From contig NC_043023.1 in assembly GCF_006345805.1 (NCBI RefSeq), positions 6,572,100 to 6,636,000 of the forward strand: DNA of 63,901 nucleotides. The letters run 5' to 3'. Origin of the DNA: Octopus sinensis. Lineage: Eukaryota. The translations under genes and the position numbers were made by a program. Each line of letters opens with the position of its first letter. The stretch's first letter is position 1. The notes beneath the pieces were generated by a model, which was given only the letters and a program-made list of their open reading frames with translations, did no database searches and had not been told where the DNA came from. Of this stretch, positions 1 to 12,145 are shown piece by piece.

Positions 1-1675
1 CTACGATCTATATACATATAGGATTATTTTCTTTCCAATGTCCATGGGCAATTTGACATGACACTATGTGCCGTACGGCGCCTTGAAGCAGTGTCGCTGC
101 ATTACCACTTGAGGCACATGCAATGGCAATTCGACGTTCAGCGCGCAGCTTTGCGAGAATCAAATTGATAACAAAAGTTTTACCAGTACCACCTGGAGCA
201 TTCAAAAAGAAAAGCTTCCTTGGTTCAATCTAACGCTGTCAATAATTTCAATATAAATCTCTGTTTGTTCAGGCAAAAGTCTTGGTTCATCTCGCGTAAT
301 TGTTCCGTCAATTCGGCAATGTTGTGTTTTTTTCTGACATGTATTCAACATCCAAAGGCGCTTCATGATGGACAGGTGTTGGCAAATGGAATTCACTTAA
401 ACCGCGTATAACATAGCGTCTGATGTGAGTCCATGTCGATTAATGCCTCATTATAAACATCGTCGGTCACCACCACGTAGCGCTAAATTAGCCTGTATGT
501 CCTTTGATAGGCTATGTCTGAACGATTCAAGGTTAGAAGGGTTGCTGGGATTACAGTGGATTAATATGCTACAAAACAATCGACGCATTTGCCATGGCAA
601 TTTACAATTGAGGCCTCTGCTAATGTCCTGTGTAAGTGGTCGTCATTGAGAAGAAGTCCGCGCCTCAAACATGCTTCCCTGTAAGTGGCGCAGATGATAC
701 CATCAACGTGCGAAGATCAGTAAAAGACTTCGGTCCAGTAACTACATTGACAGCGAGTAGCATTCTCAAAAAGAAGATTTCTTGTTTGGTAGGATGATAT
801 TATACACACGTCCAATGACGTTCTTCCTAGAAACACCGGGCGCGAAAAAAGAGAGAGCTCGAGAAAGAAAAGGTATATATGAAAGAGAGGACGGGAAAAT
901 GGAAATATTTTGCAATGTAAACATGATTTGTTTTAAGAGAAGACTTGTCATGATTGTGTGTTGGTGGTGGCGATGATAATTATCATTAGGAAAAGAGTGA
1001 GTGAAGTGAGGAGGAAGACATAAGAATACATAAGTTGTGGCGATGATAATTGTAGACCCCTTTTCACATTTTGATGAAGAGAACCCGATTTCATTCGGGT
1101 GTACTGGGGCCACATATATGTGTGTGTGTGTGTGTGTGTGCACGCTGTAGAAATTAAAATTAGAGATAAAACCACTAATAGGGAAATGAAACAGTAAAAA
1201 ACCAAAAAACAAACATAAAAATAAAAAATATAATATTAGATATATGTATATGTGTGTGTGTGTGTGTGTTGCAGGTAGACAATAGAATGCGATGGCGATG
1301 GCGATGGCGATGTAATATTTGCTTCTGTCTATGAACGCTAATAGAGACATGAGTAAAATGTATGGGAGCTAAGAGATAAGAGTGAGTGAAAATGTTCTTG
1401 GATGGATAGAGGAAATAGCGAGAGAGTGATTTGAGGAAGACTTTACATAAAATAACCGTAGTGGACTTGTGAAATGAAGAGAAGTGAGAGGTAGGGACTG
1501 AGGAAATAGGGTGAGTGAGGAAGATGGCCCCTAGCAACAACCTTTTTTAAGATAGGGATTTCTAAGGTAGCCCACGAGCATCGTCACCTCATTCTACATG
1601 TCCCTGTAAATTTTGGAGCGAATCGGACGGGATGTAGTGGCATTGAAAGCGATCCAAGCGGTAAAAAACGCTTCA

Positions 1676-1747
<72 letters not shown>

Positions 1748-1750
1748 GAG
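1..1750 (-). mobile_element. Helitron, degraded and internally deleted autonomous copy; 5' end near 1750, runs off the window start
   Basis: RepHel coding remnants on the minus strand at 20-840; a TC-TATATA...TAAAA start typical of Helitron 5' ends near 1750 in the same orientation. Confidence 0.7.
20..840 (-). pseudogene. Helitron RepHel fragment (Rep/helicase linker and PIF1-like helicase motif I), frameshifted
   Basis: Translated pieces IGRVYNII..EIFFLRMLLAVNVVTGPKSFTDLRT/VDGIICATYREACLRRGLLLNDDH, LLPEQTEIYIEIIDSV, and Walker A NAPGGTGKTF..IAIACASSGNAATLL. Confidence 0.9.
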
Positions 1751-1779
1751 AAAAAAGTGTACGTACGCCGCTATATATA

Positions 1780-1990
1780 TAATACAAAAGGAGACAACAA
1801 AACATCCAGATAGACGATACAAAAAAAACACGGCCTTTTATCTTCAGTCAAGAACCGGATCATCCTCGCAATTTCGGCTGATTAATCTTGAGTTTGCTCC
1901 AGTCGGCCAGCCCCAAGGAAAAACTAAGCTAAGAGCATTAGATCCCTTGGATAAAAACAACGAATGTATACGAAACAAGGACGGAAAAAC
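1780..1990 (-). repeat. Interspersed repeat beside (TA)n, probably a Penelope-like pseudo-LTR remnant; related copies at 42935-43125 (-) and 44846-44990 (+)
   Basis: Shared block AGCCGAAATTGC..CTGANGA seen in all three copies. Confidence 0.55.
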
Positions 1991-2002
1991 AGACAATAAC
2001 AA

Positions 2003-2085
2003 CTGCTACATCTACTACTACTGCCACCACTACCACCACTACTACTACTACCACCACCACCAACACCACCACTACTACTAGTATA
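2003..2085. repeat. (CTA)/(CCA) trinucleotide microsatellite
   Basis: Direct reading. Confidence 0.9.
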
Positions 2086-2223
2086 GCTTGTAATACTAAC
2101 TTTCTGCATTATACATTAGTTAATGTTGTCCTAGGTACACAATGCCTGATGCTTAAAAGAGGTGATAGCCACAGCTGGAACTCTGATCAAAAAACGTACT
2201 AGATCGATGCTGATCTAGAATCA

Positions 2224-2255
<32 letters not shown>

Positions 2256-2399
2256 CAGCGGTAGCAGCAGCAGCAGCAAGGCGATGCATTCTGCTCGTGC
2301 ACGGTAGAAGCCACTCTCTGAACTCGTGAGAACACTTAAGCTGAAACGAGTCGACGACAGCTGGGCCACGAGGTCACATGACAAATGGACAGATCAGCA

Positions 2400-2464
2400 G
2401 TGATGATGATGATGATGATGATGACGATGATGACGATGATGATGATGACGATGATGATGATGAC

Positions 2465-2496
<32 letters not shown>

Positions 2497-2504
2497 CGAT
2501 GATA

Positions 2505-2541
<37 letters not shown>

Positions 2542-2588
2542 CGACGATGATGATGACGATGATGATGATGACGATGATCATGATGATA

Positions 2589-2628
<40 letters not shown>

Positions 2629-2799
2629 CGATGATGATGATGATGATGACGATGACGATGATGATGATGATGATGCTGTGATGATGAATGATGATGATGA
2701 CGATGATGACGATGATGACGAGGATGATGATGATGATTGATGATGATGATGATGATGATGATGATGACGATGATGATGATGACGATGATCATGATGATA

Positions 2800-2838
<39 letters not shown>

Positions 2839-2905
2839 CGATGATGATGATGATGATGATGATGACGATGACGTGATGATGATGATGATGATGATGACGA
2901 TGATA

Positions 2906-2945
<40 letters not shown>

Positions 2946-2992
2946 CGACGATGATGATGACGATGATGATGATGACGATGATCATGATGATA

Positions 2993-3032
<40 letters not shown>

Positions 3033-3060
3033 CGATGATGATGATGATGATGACGATGAC

Positions 3061-3098
<38 letters not shown>

Positions 3099-3190
3099 CG
3101 ATGATGACGATGATGACGATGATGATGATGATGATGATGATGACGACGATGATGATGACGATGATGATGATGACGATGATCATGATGATA

Positions 3191-3230
<40 letters not shown>

Positions 3231-3321
3231 CGATGATGATGATGATGATGACGATGACGATGATGATGATGATGATTGATGATGATGATGACGATGATGA
3301 TGATGATGATGATGATGTGAC

Positions 3322-3359
<38 letters not shown>

Positions 3360-3362
3360 CGC

Positions 3363-3412
<50 letters not shown>

Positions 3413-3420
3413 CGATGATT

Positions 3421-3481
<61 letters not shown>

Positions 3482-3482
3482 C

Positions 3483-3526
<44 letters not shown>

Positions 3527-3557
3527 CGATGACGATGATGATGATGATGATGATGAC

Positions 3558-3598
<41 letters not shown>

Positions 3599-3659
3599 CG
3601 ATGATGATGATGATGATGATGACGATGACGATGATGATGATGATGATGATGACGATGAC

Positions 3660-3697
<38 letters not shown>

Positions 3698-3818
3698 CGA
3701 TGACGATGATGATGATGATGATGATGACGATGACGATGATGATGATGATGATGATGACGATGATGATGATGATGATGATGATGATGACGATGACGATGAT
3801 GATGATGATGACGATGAC

Positions 3819-3863
<45 letters not shown>
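2400..3863. repeat. (GAT)n microsatellite, ~1.46 kb, with GAC/AAT variants
   Basis: Direct reading. Confidence 0.98.
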
Positions 3864-3865
<2 letters not shown>

Positions 3866-3950
3866 CTTTTGACCCCAGGTCAGTCCTGATCTAGGAGAAC
3901 GATGAACAATGATGTTCCTGCTACGATTGTCGCGTTCAGATTGATTCAGG

Positions 3951-4272
3951 CGTAGTGTATCTAGGACTACACTATCGAATGTACAGTTTAGTACATTGGT
4001 CGTAGTGTATCTAGGACTACACTATTGAATGTACAGTTTGGTACATTGGTCGTAGTGTATCTAGGACTACACTATCGAATGTACAGTTTAGTACATTTGT
4101 CGTAGTGTATCTAGGACTACACTATCGAATGTACAGTTTGGTACATTGGTCGTAGTGTATCTAGGACTACACTATCGAATGTACAGTTTGGTACATTGGT
4201 CGTAGTGCATCTAGGACTACACTATCGAATGTACAGTTTAGTACATTGGTCGTAGTGTATCTAGGACTACAT
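3951..4272. repeat. 50-bp minisatellite, ~6.4 copies
   Basis: Unit CGTAGTGTATCTAGGACTACACTATCGAATGTACAGTTT(A/G)GTACATTGGT starting at 3951, 4001, 4051, 4101, 4151, 4201, 4251. Confidence 0.97.
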
Positions 4273-4295
4273 TATCTAGTGTATATATATATATT

Positions 4296-5300
4296 ATCGG
4301 AGGAGAGGCTAGAAATTCTCTTGCTAATGTTTAAATACTGTAGTGTATAAAAAGTTAGTTAAAAATATTAGCAAGAGGATTTCTAGCCTCTCCTCCGATG
4401 GGGACATTTTTAATAGCGTTGCCCCAGTATATAATAAGACTCTAAAAGATAGTGGATTTAGTGAGGAAATAAGCTATAACCAGCCGCCAGTCCAATAATA
4501 AAGAAAAGAAAACACAGGAATAGGAAAACTATCTGGTTCACACACCCCTTACTCAACCAAAGTGACCTTTGATATAGGCAAGTATTTCTTAGCACTGATA
4601 CGAGATAGATAGACACTTTCCAGTCAACCATACTTACAGAAAGCTCTTCAATTGACACAACTTAAAAATCAGTTTTAGCTCAACTACCAATTTAAAAAAT
4701 ATAATCGCACACAACACACAAAAAACACAATATGAAACCAGCTGTTCATGCAGGGATAAAAATTTGTGCCCGCTAAATGGATGTTGCATGTCCGAGACCA
4801 TCATCTATGAAGCCACCGTGGACTCTATATCGATTAAAGACACGGTTTCAACAAAGAAATACGTGGGCCTTACAGAGGGTAATTTCAAGGCCAGGTTCAA
4901 TAATCACATCTTGAGCTTTATGCACTGGGATAAAAGGAAAACAACCCAATTATCCAGTCATATATGGTCATTAAAAGATAAAGGTGTCAGTTACAACAAC
5001 CATTGGAAGATCTGAGCCAAGTGTAAGCTCTACACCGACAGCAGTGGAAAGTGCGGTCTATGTGATATGGAAAGATGGCTCATCTGGAAAAGCAGCTTAG
5101 ACCCTGCTACATGTCTGAATTCAAGAACTGAACTTTTCGGATCATGCCCATATGTGGCAAAATATTTGTTACGTATCTGATCCCCCCGAGATTACAGAGA
5201 GAACTTGCTTTCTGTATTGTGTCCACGTACAAGCTTTTTATGTCTTTATACCTTTTACTTATATTTCTTATATATTTTTTATTTATATTTTTTATACATA
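4296..5300 (+). mobile_element. Penelope-like retroelement (PLE), 5'-truncated with a short 5' inversion; C-terminal GIY-YIG endonuclease region, disrupted
   Basis: Translation ISKRISSLSSDGDIFN..WF..CSCRDKNLCPLNGCC..IIYEATV..KKYVGLTEGNFKARFNNH..LSSHIWSLKD..CGLC..LNSRTELFGSC; inverted repeat 4296-4399; (TA)n at the left edge. Confidence 0.85.
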
Positions 5301-5302
5301 TA

Positions 5303-5625
5303 CGCAGGCTGGAAAGCGGAACATTTTCCTATCGAAGTCGGATGTAGAGGGTTTGTTGGACACAGCGTGAGACGACTGTTGTTATCGCTAGGCCTAACTC
5401 ATCGTAAAGTCAATACCACCATGACTGATATCCAATCTACAGTGGAGAAGGCTAGCCACTGGATTTGGTTAAAAAGAGACGATGAGCGATGGCTAGAAGT
5501 ATATTGAGTTCTTCATAACTAGCTGATCTAGCAAGCGGGGCCTCATATCAGTGAGGGGGGCCGGTGCGCATTGACGCCGTCGAGAGGTAGGCCCCGAGAC
5601 AGCACGCATTCTCTCCTGATGACCC
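5303..5625 (+). mobile_element. 3' fragment of an RLE-type non-LTR retrotransposon (HERO-like)
   Basis: AGWKAEHFPIEVGCRGFVGHS..VEKASHWIWLKRDDERW matches the C-terminus of restriction-like-endonuclease LINEs. Confidence 0.75.
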
Positions 5626-6190
5626 CATACACTTGCTAGCTTCCGGTATACGGATCTTTTAACGGGTAGCACTTGCATGTGCAAGTTGTTTGCAAGATAT
5701 CTAGAGGTATTGGTCTATAGATTTATTGCTTATATATTTTTACACATAATTTTTCTGTATTCTACCTTCCACCCTGCATTTTCCCTGTACGTATATAGAC
5801 GTGTATATGGAATCTCTTGTGCGCGCATGTGGATGTGTGCGTGTGCGCGGGTATGTGCGTATATAGATGTGTGCGTGTGTGCGTGCATGCGAGTATGTGC
5901 GTATATAGACGTGTTTTACTCGTTGATTTTTTACACATTTTCCTGTATTTTTGCCGTTAGCCCTGTTTTTTCTTGTGTATGTTCGCATATAGATGTTTGT
6001 ATGAACTTTTTTGCGCGCGCATGTGTGTGCGTAAATAGATGTGGTTTACTCTTTGTATACTCCCTTACATTTACTCCCTTCCTTCACTTAGGGGTCATTC
6101 AAATTGCTCTTTTGTCTTAATAACGGTCAATCACGCAGTAATTTCCCTTTGTATAACGGTCATTTTTCATAGTAATTTTTCCGATGGCCG

Positions 6191-6251
6191 GATAACTGAA
6201 GAGATGGCGGCGTGGATTTCCACCTCGGCATCCGAAATTCGGAGTTTTATC
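6191..6251 (+). ncRNA. Type I hammerhead ribozyme candidate (second copy 6366-6426 on -)
   Basis: GATAA-CTGAAGA-GATG..CATC-C-GAAA-(T/C)TCGGA-GTT-TTATC; stem I GATAA/TTATC. Confidence 0.55.
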
Positions 6252-6288
6252 ATGGCTACCGAATAATTGTCCCATATTACATTTACAG

Positions 6289-6327
<39 letters not shown>

Positions 6328-6426
6328 TGTGTAACTATAATATGTGACAAATATTTGGTAGCCATGATAAAACTCCGAGTTTCGGATGTCGGGGCGGAAA
6401 CCCTCGCCGGCATCTCTTCAGTTGAT
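6191..6426. repeat. Inverted repeat (~85-bp arms) around (TG)n, each arm containing a hammerhead-like motif
   Basis: 6194-6279 is an imperfect reverse complement of 6338-6423. Confidence 0.85.
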
Positions 6427-7214
6427 CAAGGACTTTGATAAGATTGTCCTAAGCTGCAGATACCTGGCATAGCCAGAAAAACAGAAAGATGGTTACCTGA
6501 CTTCTTAAAAGACAAGCGAGGCTGTGGCAACCACTGAAGCTATCTCCAAGCTGACTGTAATAGATATGAACATTTTTGTGTGATAAACTTTGTGAATTGT
6601 GTAAAATTTTTGAAAAAATCAATATGGGAGAGACTGACAAAAATGTAACCACTCGATTTCGGGGATTTCGGGGATCGAGTGGACATTGCACCTCATTGTA
6701 ATATCTTTTTCATAACTCATTATTTTAAAATTTTATTTCGTCTTATTTTTCATCCACTTTTGTTATATTTTAAGTTCCCCGATTTGTATTGTCCCTTCTT
6801 TGTTGGCCCCTTGTGGGTAATAAAAAATCATGTAATAGATAGTGGAGTGCCCCAGGGAACTGTACTGGGGCTGCTGCTATTTATGGTGGTTCTCTTGGAC
6901 ATGCCATCAGTTACGTAGACAGCCACACTTACTAGCTATGCTGACGACACAAAAGTAGCGCAAACATCAAGGACATCCTCCCCACTCCAACCCCGATGCT
7001 AATCTTCGAGCGAAAGACCTAGATGCCATATATAAATTGACTGAAGAAAACAACATGTGGTTTAATGCAGGTAAATTCTAGGCCCACCGCTATTAGAAAG
7101 CCAGTGCTCACATCTGCAACGACAATACTTTGGACCAAAGAGTCACATACAGTGCTTGATCTGGGGATTGATACGAGCAACGAGGCTTCGTTTCACATGC
7201 ATGTCACCAAGATG

Positions 7215-7733
7215 TATTTCTTTACTGCCCACAAGGGGCTAAACATAGAGGGGACAAACAAGCACAGGCAAAGGGATTAAGTCGATTACATCGACCCCCA
7301 GTGGGAAACTGGTACTTTATTTATCGACCCCGAAAGGATGAAAGGCAAAGACGACCTCGGCGGAATTTGAACTCAGAACGTAACGACAGACTAAATACCT
7401 ATTTCTTTACTGCCCACAAGGGGCTAAACACGGAGTGGACAATCTAGGACAGACAAACGGATTAAGTCGATTACATTGACCCCAGTGCGTAACTGGTATT
7501 TAATGTATTTCTTTACTGCCCACAAGGGGCTAAACATAGAGGGGACAAACAAGGACAGACAAACGGATTAAGTCAATTATATCGACCCCAGTGGGAAACT
7601 GGTACTTTATTTATCGACCCCGAAAGTATGAAAGGCAAAGTCGACCTCGGCGGAATTTGAACTCAGAACGTAGCGGCAGACGAAATACGGCTACGCATTT
7701 CGCCCGGCGTGCTAACGTTTCTGCCAGCTCGCC
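7215..7733 (-). mobile_element. tRNA-derived SINE family B, head-to-tail trimer (one full unit, two partial)
   Basis: A/B-box-like head (GGCAGAAACGTTAG..GTTCAAATTCC), core GCCTTTCATCCTTTCGGGGTCGATAAAT; flanked by ACCAAGATG (7206-7214) / ACCAAGGTG (7735-7743). Confidence 0.85.
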
Positions 7734-8072
7734 AACCAAGGTGGTGGTCATGTACAGGGGAACAGCTGGTTAGATCTTGAGAACTTTCAGAACAAGGGAC
7801 CAGGAAATTATGCTGGTTCTATGGAGGTCATTTGTATTCAGCCATCTGGAGTACTGTCCTCTGTTGTGGTCATCCCACAGTGGCAAATTAATAGCAGAGC
7901 TTGAGACAGTTCAACGGTGATACACCAGGAAGATTGTATCAATGAAACAGCTGAGCTACTGGGAGAGACTCAAAGGGCTACGACTCCACTCCCTGGGGCG
8001 AAGACGAGAGAGATTTGCAGTGATATATGGAGAGGCTGGCACCAAACTTTGGTATCGAGAGCTTTGCTTCAA

Positions 8073-8404
8073 TTGGTAAGTAGCTTGCTTACCAACCACA
8101 TGGTTCCGAGTTCAGTCCCACTGCGTGGCACCTTGGGCAAGTGTCTTCTACTATAGACTCGGGCCTACCAAAGCCTTGTGAGTGGATTTGGTAGACGGAA
8201 ACTGAAAGAAGCCTGTCGTATATATGTATATGTATATATGTATGTGTGTGTATATGTTTGTGTGTCTGTCTTTGTCCCCCCCAACATCGCTTGACAACCG
8301 ATGCTGGTGTTTACGTCCCCGTAACTTAACGGTTTGGCATTAGAGACCGATAGAATAAGTACTAGGCTTCCAACGAATAAGTCCTAGGGTCGATTTGCTC
8401 GACT
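8073..8404 (+). mobile_element. tRNA-derived SINE family A, 3'-truncated
   Basis: TGGTAAGTAGC..GGTTC..GTTCAGTCCC head, CORE-like CCTTGGGCAAGT block, central (TA/TG)n; many copies in the window. Confidence 0.9.
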
Positions 8405-8957
8405 ACAGGACGGAAAGTTCGTGCTGATTTTTAAAGGAAAGAAAAAGGTCAATAAATACTTGCCATTACATTTTTAATCAACCAAATATGAACATTTGTT
8501 GCACAATGCGTCTCCATCTTTCCTTTAACTTGAAAATAACCTCTTTCCCAGAATTGAGGTGGTTTCATGGCAAAGAATTCATCAAGGTATCTTTTACATC
8601 ATCCAAGGAATTGAAATTTTTACCATTAAGACATTCTGCAGGGACCTGAATAAGTGAAAAAATCCGAAGGAGCAATATCTGGTGAATAGAGGGTTGGGTA
8701 ACACATCCCAGCCGAGCGCAGCAATTTTTGTCTGGTTCCCAAAGCATCAAGTGCCGAAAATGAACTTTCTTATCTTCCATTTTAAAGGTTTACAGAATTA
8801 ACACAGGTTATAGGACATAAAACCCTTCTTCACGAAAAGATAGCTTAAACTGTGTTCTAAATGGAGGTGTAGTCAAATCCTATTTTATGGACTCAACCAT
8901 GTTCTAAAATAAGTCGAAAGGTAAGCTACTATAAATCACTTTCCGGACAACCCAATA
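8405..8957 (-). mobile_element. Internally deleted mariner (Mos1-like)
   Basis: MEDKKVHFRHLMLW joined to QPSIHQ/YSPDIAPSDF..LNGKNFNSLDDVK; TIR TATTGGGTTGTCCGGAAAGT at the right end, partial CGGAAAGT at the left. Confidence 0.85.
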
Positions 8958-9572
8958 TAATAGCCGCTGAACTGAAAGCCACTTCACTATTCCAAAAGTC
9001 TCGCCTATCCCGTTTAGAGTTAGGGGCATGTACTGCAGTAGCTTGGGATTCAAGGTCCCACAACCATTTAATGCCTTGCCAAAATATGAGGGACCTTCGA
9101 GGAGTTGGGTAGATGCTTTCAAGAAACAAGTTGACCCCTGTTGTCTAAGGTCCCAACTATCCCGTCTAGTGAGGACCATGTACTGCGGCAGCTTGGGATT
9201 CAAATGTCCACAGCTATTTAATGCTTTGCCAAAGCATTTGAGGTATTTTTACGGCATAGGGGTAGATGTTTTCAAGAAACAAGTTGATCTCCTGTTGTCC
9301 AAGGTCCCAACTACCCCTATAGAGAGAGGACTATGTAGTGCAGCAGCTTGGGATTCAAAGGCCTACAGCTTTTTAATGCCTTGCCGAAACATCTGCGGAA
9401 TCTTCATGGTGTAATGATAGATGTTTTCAAGAAACAGCTTGACTTTCTGCTGTCCAGAGTCCCAGATGAACCAACATCACAACAAGAAACTCAAAAGAGG
9501 GCAACAATATAGAAAAGCCCCCTTCACCAAAAGCCAATCGCATAAGAACGGACATTGAAAAAGTGATTAATC

Positions 9573-10198
9573 TTATTTCTTTATAGCTCACAAGGGGCTA
9601 AACACAGAGGGGACAAACAAGCACAGACAAAGGGATTAAGTCGATTACATCAACCCCAGTGCGTAAGTGGTAGTTAATTTATCGACCCCAAAAGGAGGAA
9701 AGGCAAAGTCGACCTCAGCGGAATTTGAACTCAGAATGTAAAGACAGACGAAATACCGCTAATAATTTCACCCGGCGTGCTAACGTTTCTTATTTCTTTA
9801 TTGCCCACAAGGGGCTAAACATAGAGGGGACGAACAAGGACAGACAAACGGATTAAGTCGATTACATCGTCCGCAGTGCGTAAGTGGTACTTAATTTATC
9901 GACCCCGAAAGGATGAAAGGCAAAGTCGACCTCGGCGGAATTTGAACTCAGAACGTAGCGGCAGACGAAATACCTATTTCTTTACTACTCACAAGGGGCT
10001 AAACACAGAGGGGACAAACAAGGACAGACAAACGGATTAAGTCGATTATATCGACCCCAGTGCGTAACTGGTACTTAATTTATCGATCCCGAAAGGATGA
10101 AAGGCAAAGTCGACCTCGGCGGAATTTGAACTCGGAACGTAGCGCCAGACGAAATACTGCTAAGCATTTCACCCGGCATGCTAACCATTCTGCCAGCT
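9573..10198 (-). mobile_element. SINE family B head-to-tail trimer inside the CR1 3' UTR
   Basis: Three units starting with TATTTCTTTA at ~9574, 9791, 9975. Confidence 0.88.
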
Positions 10199-10273
10199 TA
10201 AGTCTGGCAGTGCCCCAGCATAGCCACAGCCTTTGGGCTGGAAACACACAAAAGAATAAAAGAATAAAGAAGA

Positions 10274-10275
<2 letters not shown>

Positions 10276-10316
<41 letters not shown>

Positions 10317-10540
10317 ACACAGACATACACAGACACACAGACACACACTAACGCAAACACACACACGCACACACACACACACACATACACACACACGCAC
10401 ACACACACACACAAACACACACACGCACACAGACACTCACACACAGACACTCACACACACACACACACACAAACACACACCACACACACACACACTCACA
10501 CACACACACACACTCACACACACACACACACACAGACACT

Positions 10541-10572
<32 letters not shown>

Positions 10573-10598
10573 CACACACGCACACACACACACACACA
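10276..10598. repeat. (CA)n microsatellite
   Basis: Direct reading. Confidence 0.95.
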
Positions 10599-10859
10599 TG
10601 CGTAAACATATCTTTTTGTGTAGGTTTGCAATTGTTCCTTTCTGGGTTATTACTCAGGGTACAGCCCCAGCTGTTGCATTTCAGAAGATGTGAAGAAATG
10701 TCCTTTTTATGGTTTTGCCTCAACAATGGATGGCCTCAATAAAATTAAAACTCTTGACACATATACGGCTTAACGGATAAGTTTTATTCAATAATGTTTG
10801 CTGATTTCATGTTAGGGAAGAATTCGCAAAATTCAATATATGTAGTTACTTAGGCCCGC

Positions 10860-11148
10860 AAACACGCACGCACGCACACACACAGGCACGCACACACATG
10901 CACACACACACATACATACACACGCACGCACACACACGCGCACACATATATATATATATATATATAGCATGTATAAATGTATATTTGTATATACCAAAAC
11001 CTCATATATATATGTCTGTGTGTATATATATATAACATATATATGTGTGTGTGTGTGTGTATAATATATCTGTAATATATGGGGTGTGAGAATGTGTGTG
11101 TATGTAATATATAAATGCATTCACACATACACAACACACCACACACAC

Positions 11149-11190
<42 letters not shown>

Positions 11191-11598
11191 TATATATTTG
11201 TATGTATGTATGTATGTATGGTATGTATTTGTATGCATATTATGTGATTGAGTATATATAAATATATAATAATACATCAATCTATTTATCTATATATCTA
11301 TCCATTTCTCTCTCTTTCCCCTCCCCTTCACTCTCACACCCTCCTCTCTCTCTCTCCTATATATATATTATATAATATATATATATATAATATATGTACA
11401 CGCACATATACATATATATATATATATATTTATGCTTACCTGCTTATAGCTTATATACATGCACATACGCACACTATATGTTCACATATGTGTGTGTCTC
11501 TTTCTACATACACGTGTGTCTGTGCATGCAGGTGTCATGTGTATTCTTATATGTCCATATATACATATAAGCACACACACACACCACATACACGCACC

Positions 11599-11647
<49 letters not shown>

Positions 11648-11660
11648 TGTGTGTGTGTAT
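10860..11660. repeat. Compound (CA)/(TA)/(TG)/(TATG) microsatellite field
   Basis: Direct reading. Confidence 0.9.
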
Positions 11661-11664
11661 AGGT

Positions 11665-12114
11665 GCAGGCGTAGTTGTGTGGTAAGAAGCTTGCTCCCCA
11701 ACAACACGGTTCCAGGTTCAGTCCCACTGCATGGCACTTTGGGCAAGTGTCTTCTACTATAGCCTCAGGCTGACCAAAGTCTTGTGAGTGGATTTGGTAG
11801 ATGGAAACTGAAAGAAGCCCGTCGTATATATATATATATATATATAAAATATTATTAGAGACAAAACCACTATTTTGCAAAACAAACAAGGAAAGACTTA
11901 ATCAATACATAAAATTTTAATAAATAGTCATTATGTATTAAAATTTTATGTATTGATAAGTCTTCCTTGTTTGTTTTGCAAAATAGTGGTTTTGTCTCTA
12001 ATAATATTTTATAATATTTTACTATAAAATTGGATTTAATCCTAAATCTGATTTTTTCCCTGTAAATTTGATTTATTCCCTAATATTTATTATATAATAT
12101 ATATTATATATATT

Positions 12115-12145
<31 letters not shown>

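Larger units (their letters stand above)
6820..10270 (+). mobile_element. CR1-clade LINE, ORF2 RT and 3' end, decayed and interrupted by SINEs and a mariner
   Basis: SGVPQGTVLGLLLF, YADDTKV, DLGI, LEYCPLLWS, LETVQR, SYWERLKGLRLHSL, FNALPK..VFKKQ.D..LSRVPDEP; 3' tail with AAGAATAA repeats at 10205-10270. Confidence 0.88.

Noticed and set aside
2199-2384. 61-aa ORF with a poly-Leu signal-peptide-like stretch, plus a GTCACATGAC E-box palindrome
   Set aside because: The Leu run comes from a CAG/TAG microsatellite, the ORF stops right after it, and no splice or homology support is visible
2336-3894. Poly-Asp, poly-Met, poly-His ORFs
   Set aside because: Translations of (GAT)n
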